The position numbers and the translations under genes are program-made. This document shows, piece by piece, positions 63,631-64,000 of a stretch of DNA of 64,000 nucleotides. The stretch's first letter is position 1. Every line of letters begins with the position of its first letter. The notes under the pieces are model-generated. The model saw only the letters and a program-made list of their open reading frames with translations. It was not told the origin of the DNA and did not search any database. Source of the DNA: Saprospiraceae bacterium (lineage in GTDB: Bacteria > Bacteroidota > Bacteroidia > Chitinophagales > Saprospiraceae); the NCBI GenBank assembly GCA_049306275.1, contig JBAQQB010000197.1:58601-122600 (forward strand). The letters are read 5' to 3'.

Positions 63631-64000
63631 ATGCCCAAAACCATCAAGGCTCATACCGCCCTTTTCCTGGTTGCGCTGATCTACGGCGGCAACTACTCTA
63701 TTGCCAAGGTCGTGCTCGACGACGGCTATATTGGTCCTTTGGGGTTCATTCTGATTCGGGTGGCCACGGGCGTTTTTCTCTTCACGCTGTTGCACCGGTT
63801 CTGGATACGGGAAAAGGTGGAGCGCAAGGACCTTTGGTTGCTGGCGCTGTGCGGCCTGTTTGGGGTGGCGATCAACCAGATGTTTTTCTTCATGGGCCTC
63901 AAGCTGACCCAGCCCATCCACGCCTCTCTGCTGATGACCACCACGCCCATTCTGGTGCTGGTCATCTCCTCCCTCCTGCTCGGCGAGCGGATCACCACCA
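63631..64000 (+). CDS. EamA/DMT-family transporter, N-terminal part (3' end outside window)
   Basis: Open from ATG 63631 to the window end. MPKTIKAHTALFLVALIYGGNYSIAKVVL...LCGLFGVAINQMFFFMGL is a typical EamA domain. Confidence 0.8.
   Translation, partial: MPKTIKAHTALFLVALIYGGNYSIAKVVLDDGYIGPLGFILIRVATGVFLFTLLHRFWIREKVERKDLWLLALCGLFGVAINQMFFFMGLKLTQPIHASLLMTTTPILVLVISSLLLGERITT

Noticed and set aside
1-64000. tRNA, rRNA, transposase, integrase, phage or toxin-antitoxin genes
   Set aside because: I inspected all spacers longer than 60 nt and all ORFs. No cloverleaf-compatible sequence, rRNA segment, DDE/tyrosine-recombinase motif or phage structural gene was recognised. A covariance-model scan (tRNAscan or Infernal) would be needed to exclude small ncRNAs.

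Overview
Dense, about 57% GC chromosomal segment, most likely from a Bacteroidota genome (Saprospiria/Cytophagia-like). The lineage call is an inference from a UpxY-type antiterminator, DUF3078/DUF4294/DUF6089-type proteins, TAnnTTTG promoter motifs close to start codons, and a MutL lacking the CPHGRP motif. I call about 62 CDS and found no rRNA, tRNA, CRISPR array, transposase or integrase. Content by region: (i) 1-17.7 kb is a surface-polysaccharide locus. It holds WbpD-like acetyltransferase, UDP-hexosamine 6-dehydrogenase, an internal UpxY, cysC-cysD-cysN, a uronate 4-epimerase, wecB, gmd-fcl-manC, three glycosyltransferases, a methyltransferase, Wzx, a FemAB/CelD-like GNAT and a terpenoid-cyclase-fold protein. 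(ii) 17.7-43 kb is housekeeping and envelope genes: RND/MMPL transporter, nadA, M42 peptidase, a second MOP flippase, a tandem amidohydrolase pair, mutL followed by two rhomboids and an EEP nuclease-fold protein, and cysS. (iii) 43-50 kb is a second glycan locus (GtrB-like GT2, an orphan MoxR ATPase, FkbM methyltransferase, Wzy/O-antigen-ligase-like, Wzz-like, Wzx). (iv) 50-64 kb holds mnmG, an M15 peptidase, a lower-GC patch of uncharacterised envelope proteins, lpxD, polA, and an ECF sigma operon. The most unusual signal is non-coding. Intergenic hairpins built from stuttered 7-8-nt words nearly fill the spacers between same-strand genes (cysD|cysN, mutL|rhomboid, mnmG|wzx, polA|lpxD, DUF3078|polA). 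One low-GC GxxExxY (PD-(D/E)XK-like) gene sits exactly between the two arms of a 34-bp inverted repeat of the same word-repeat type, like a selfish cassette inserted into a hairpin loop. Secondary leads are PAPS-synthesis genes embedded in the glycan locus with no sulfotransferase in view, degenerate MutL endonuclease motifs next to a membrane-anchored EEP protein, amidohydrolase modules with only one intact HxH site, and an orphan MoxR. All functional calls rest on motif and family recognition by eye; no searches were run.
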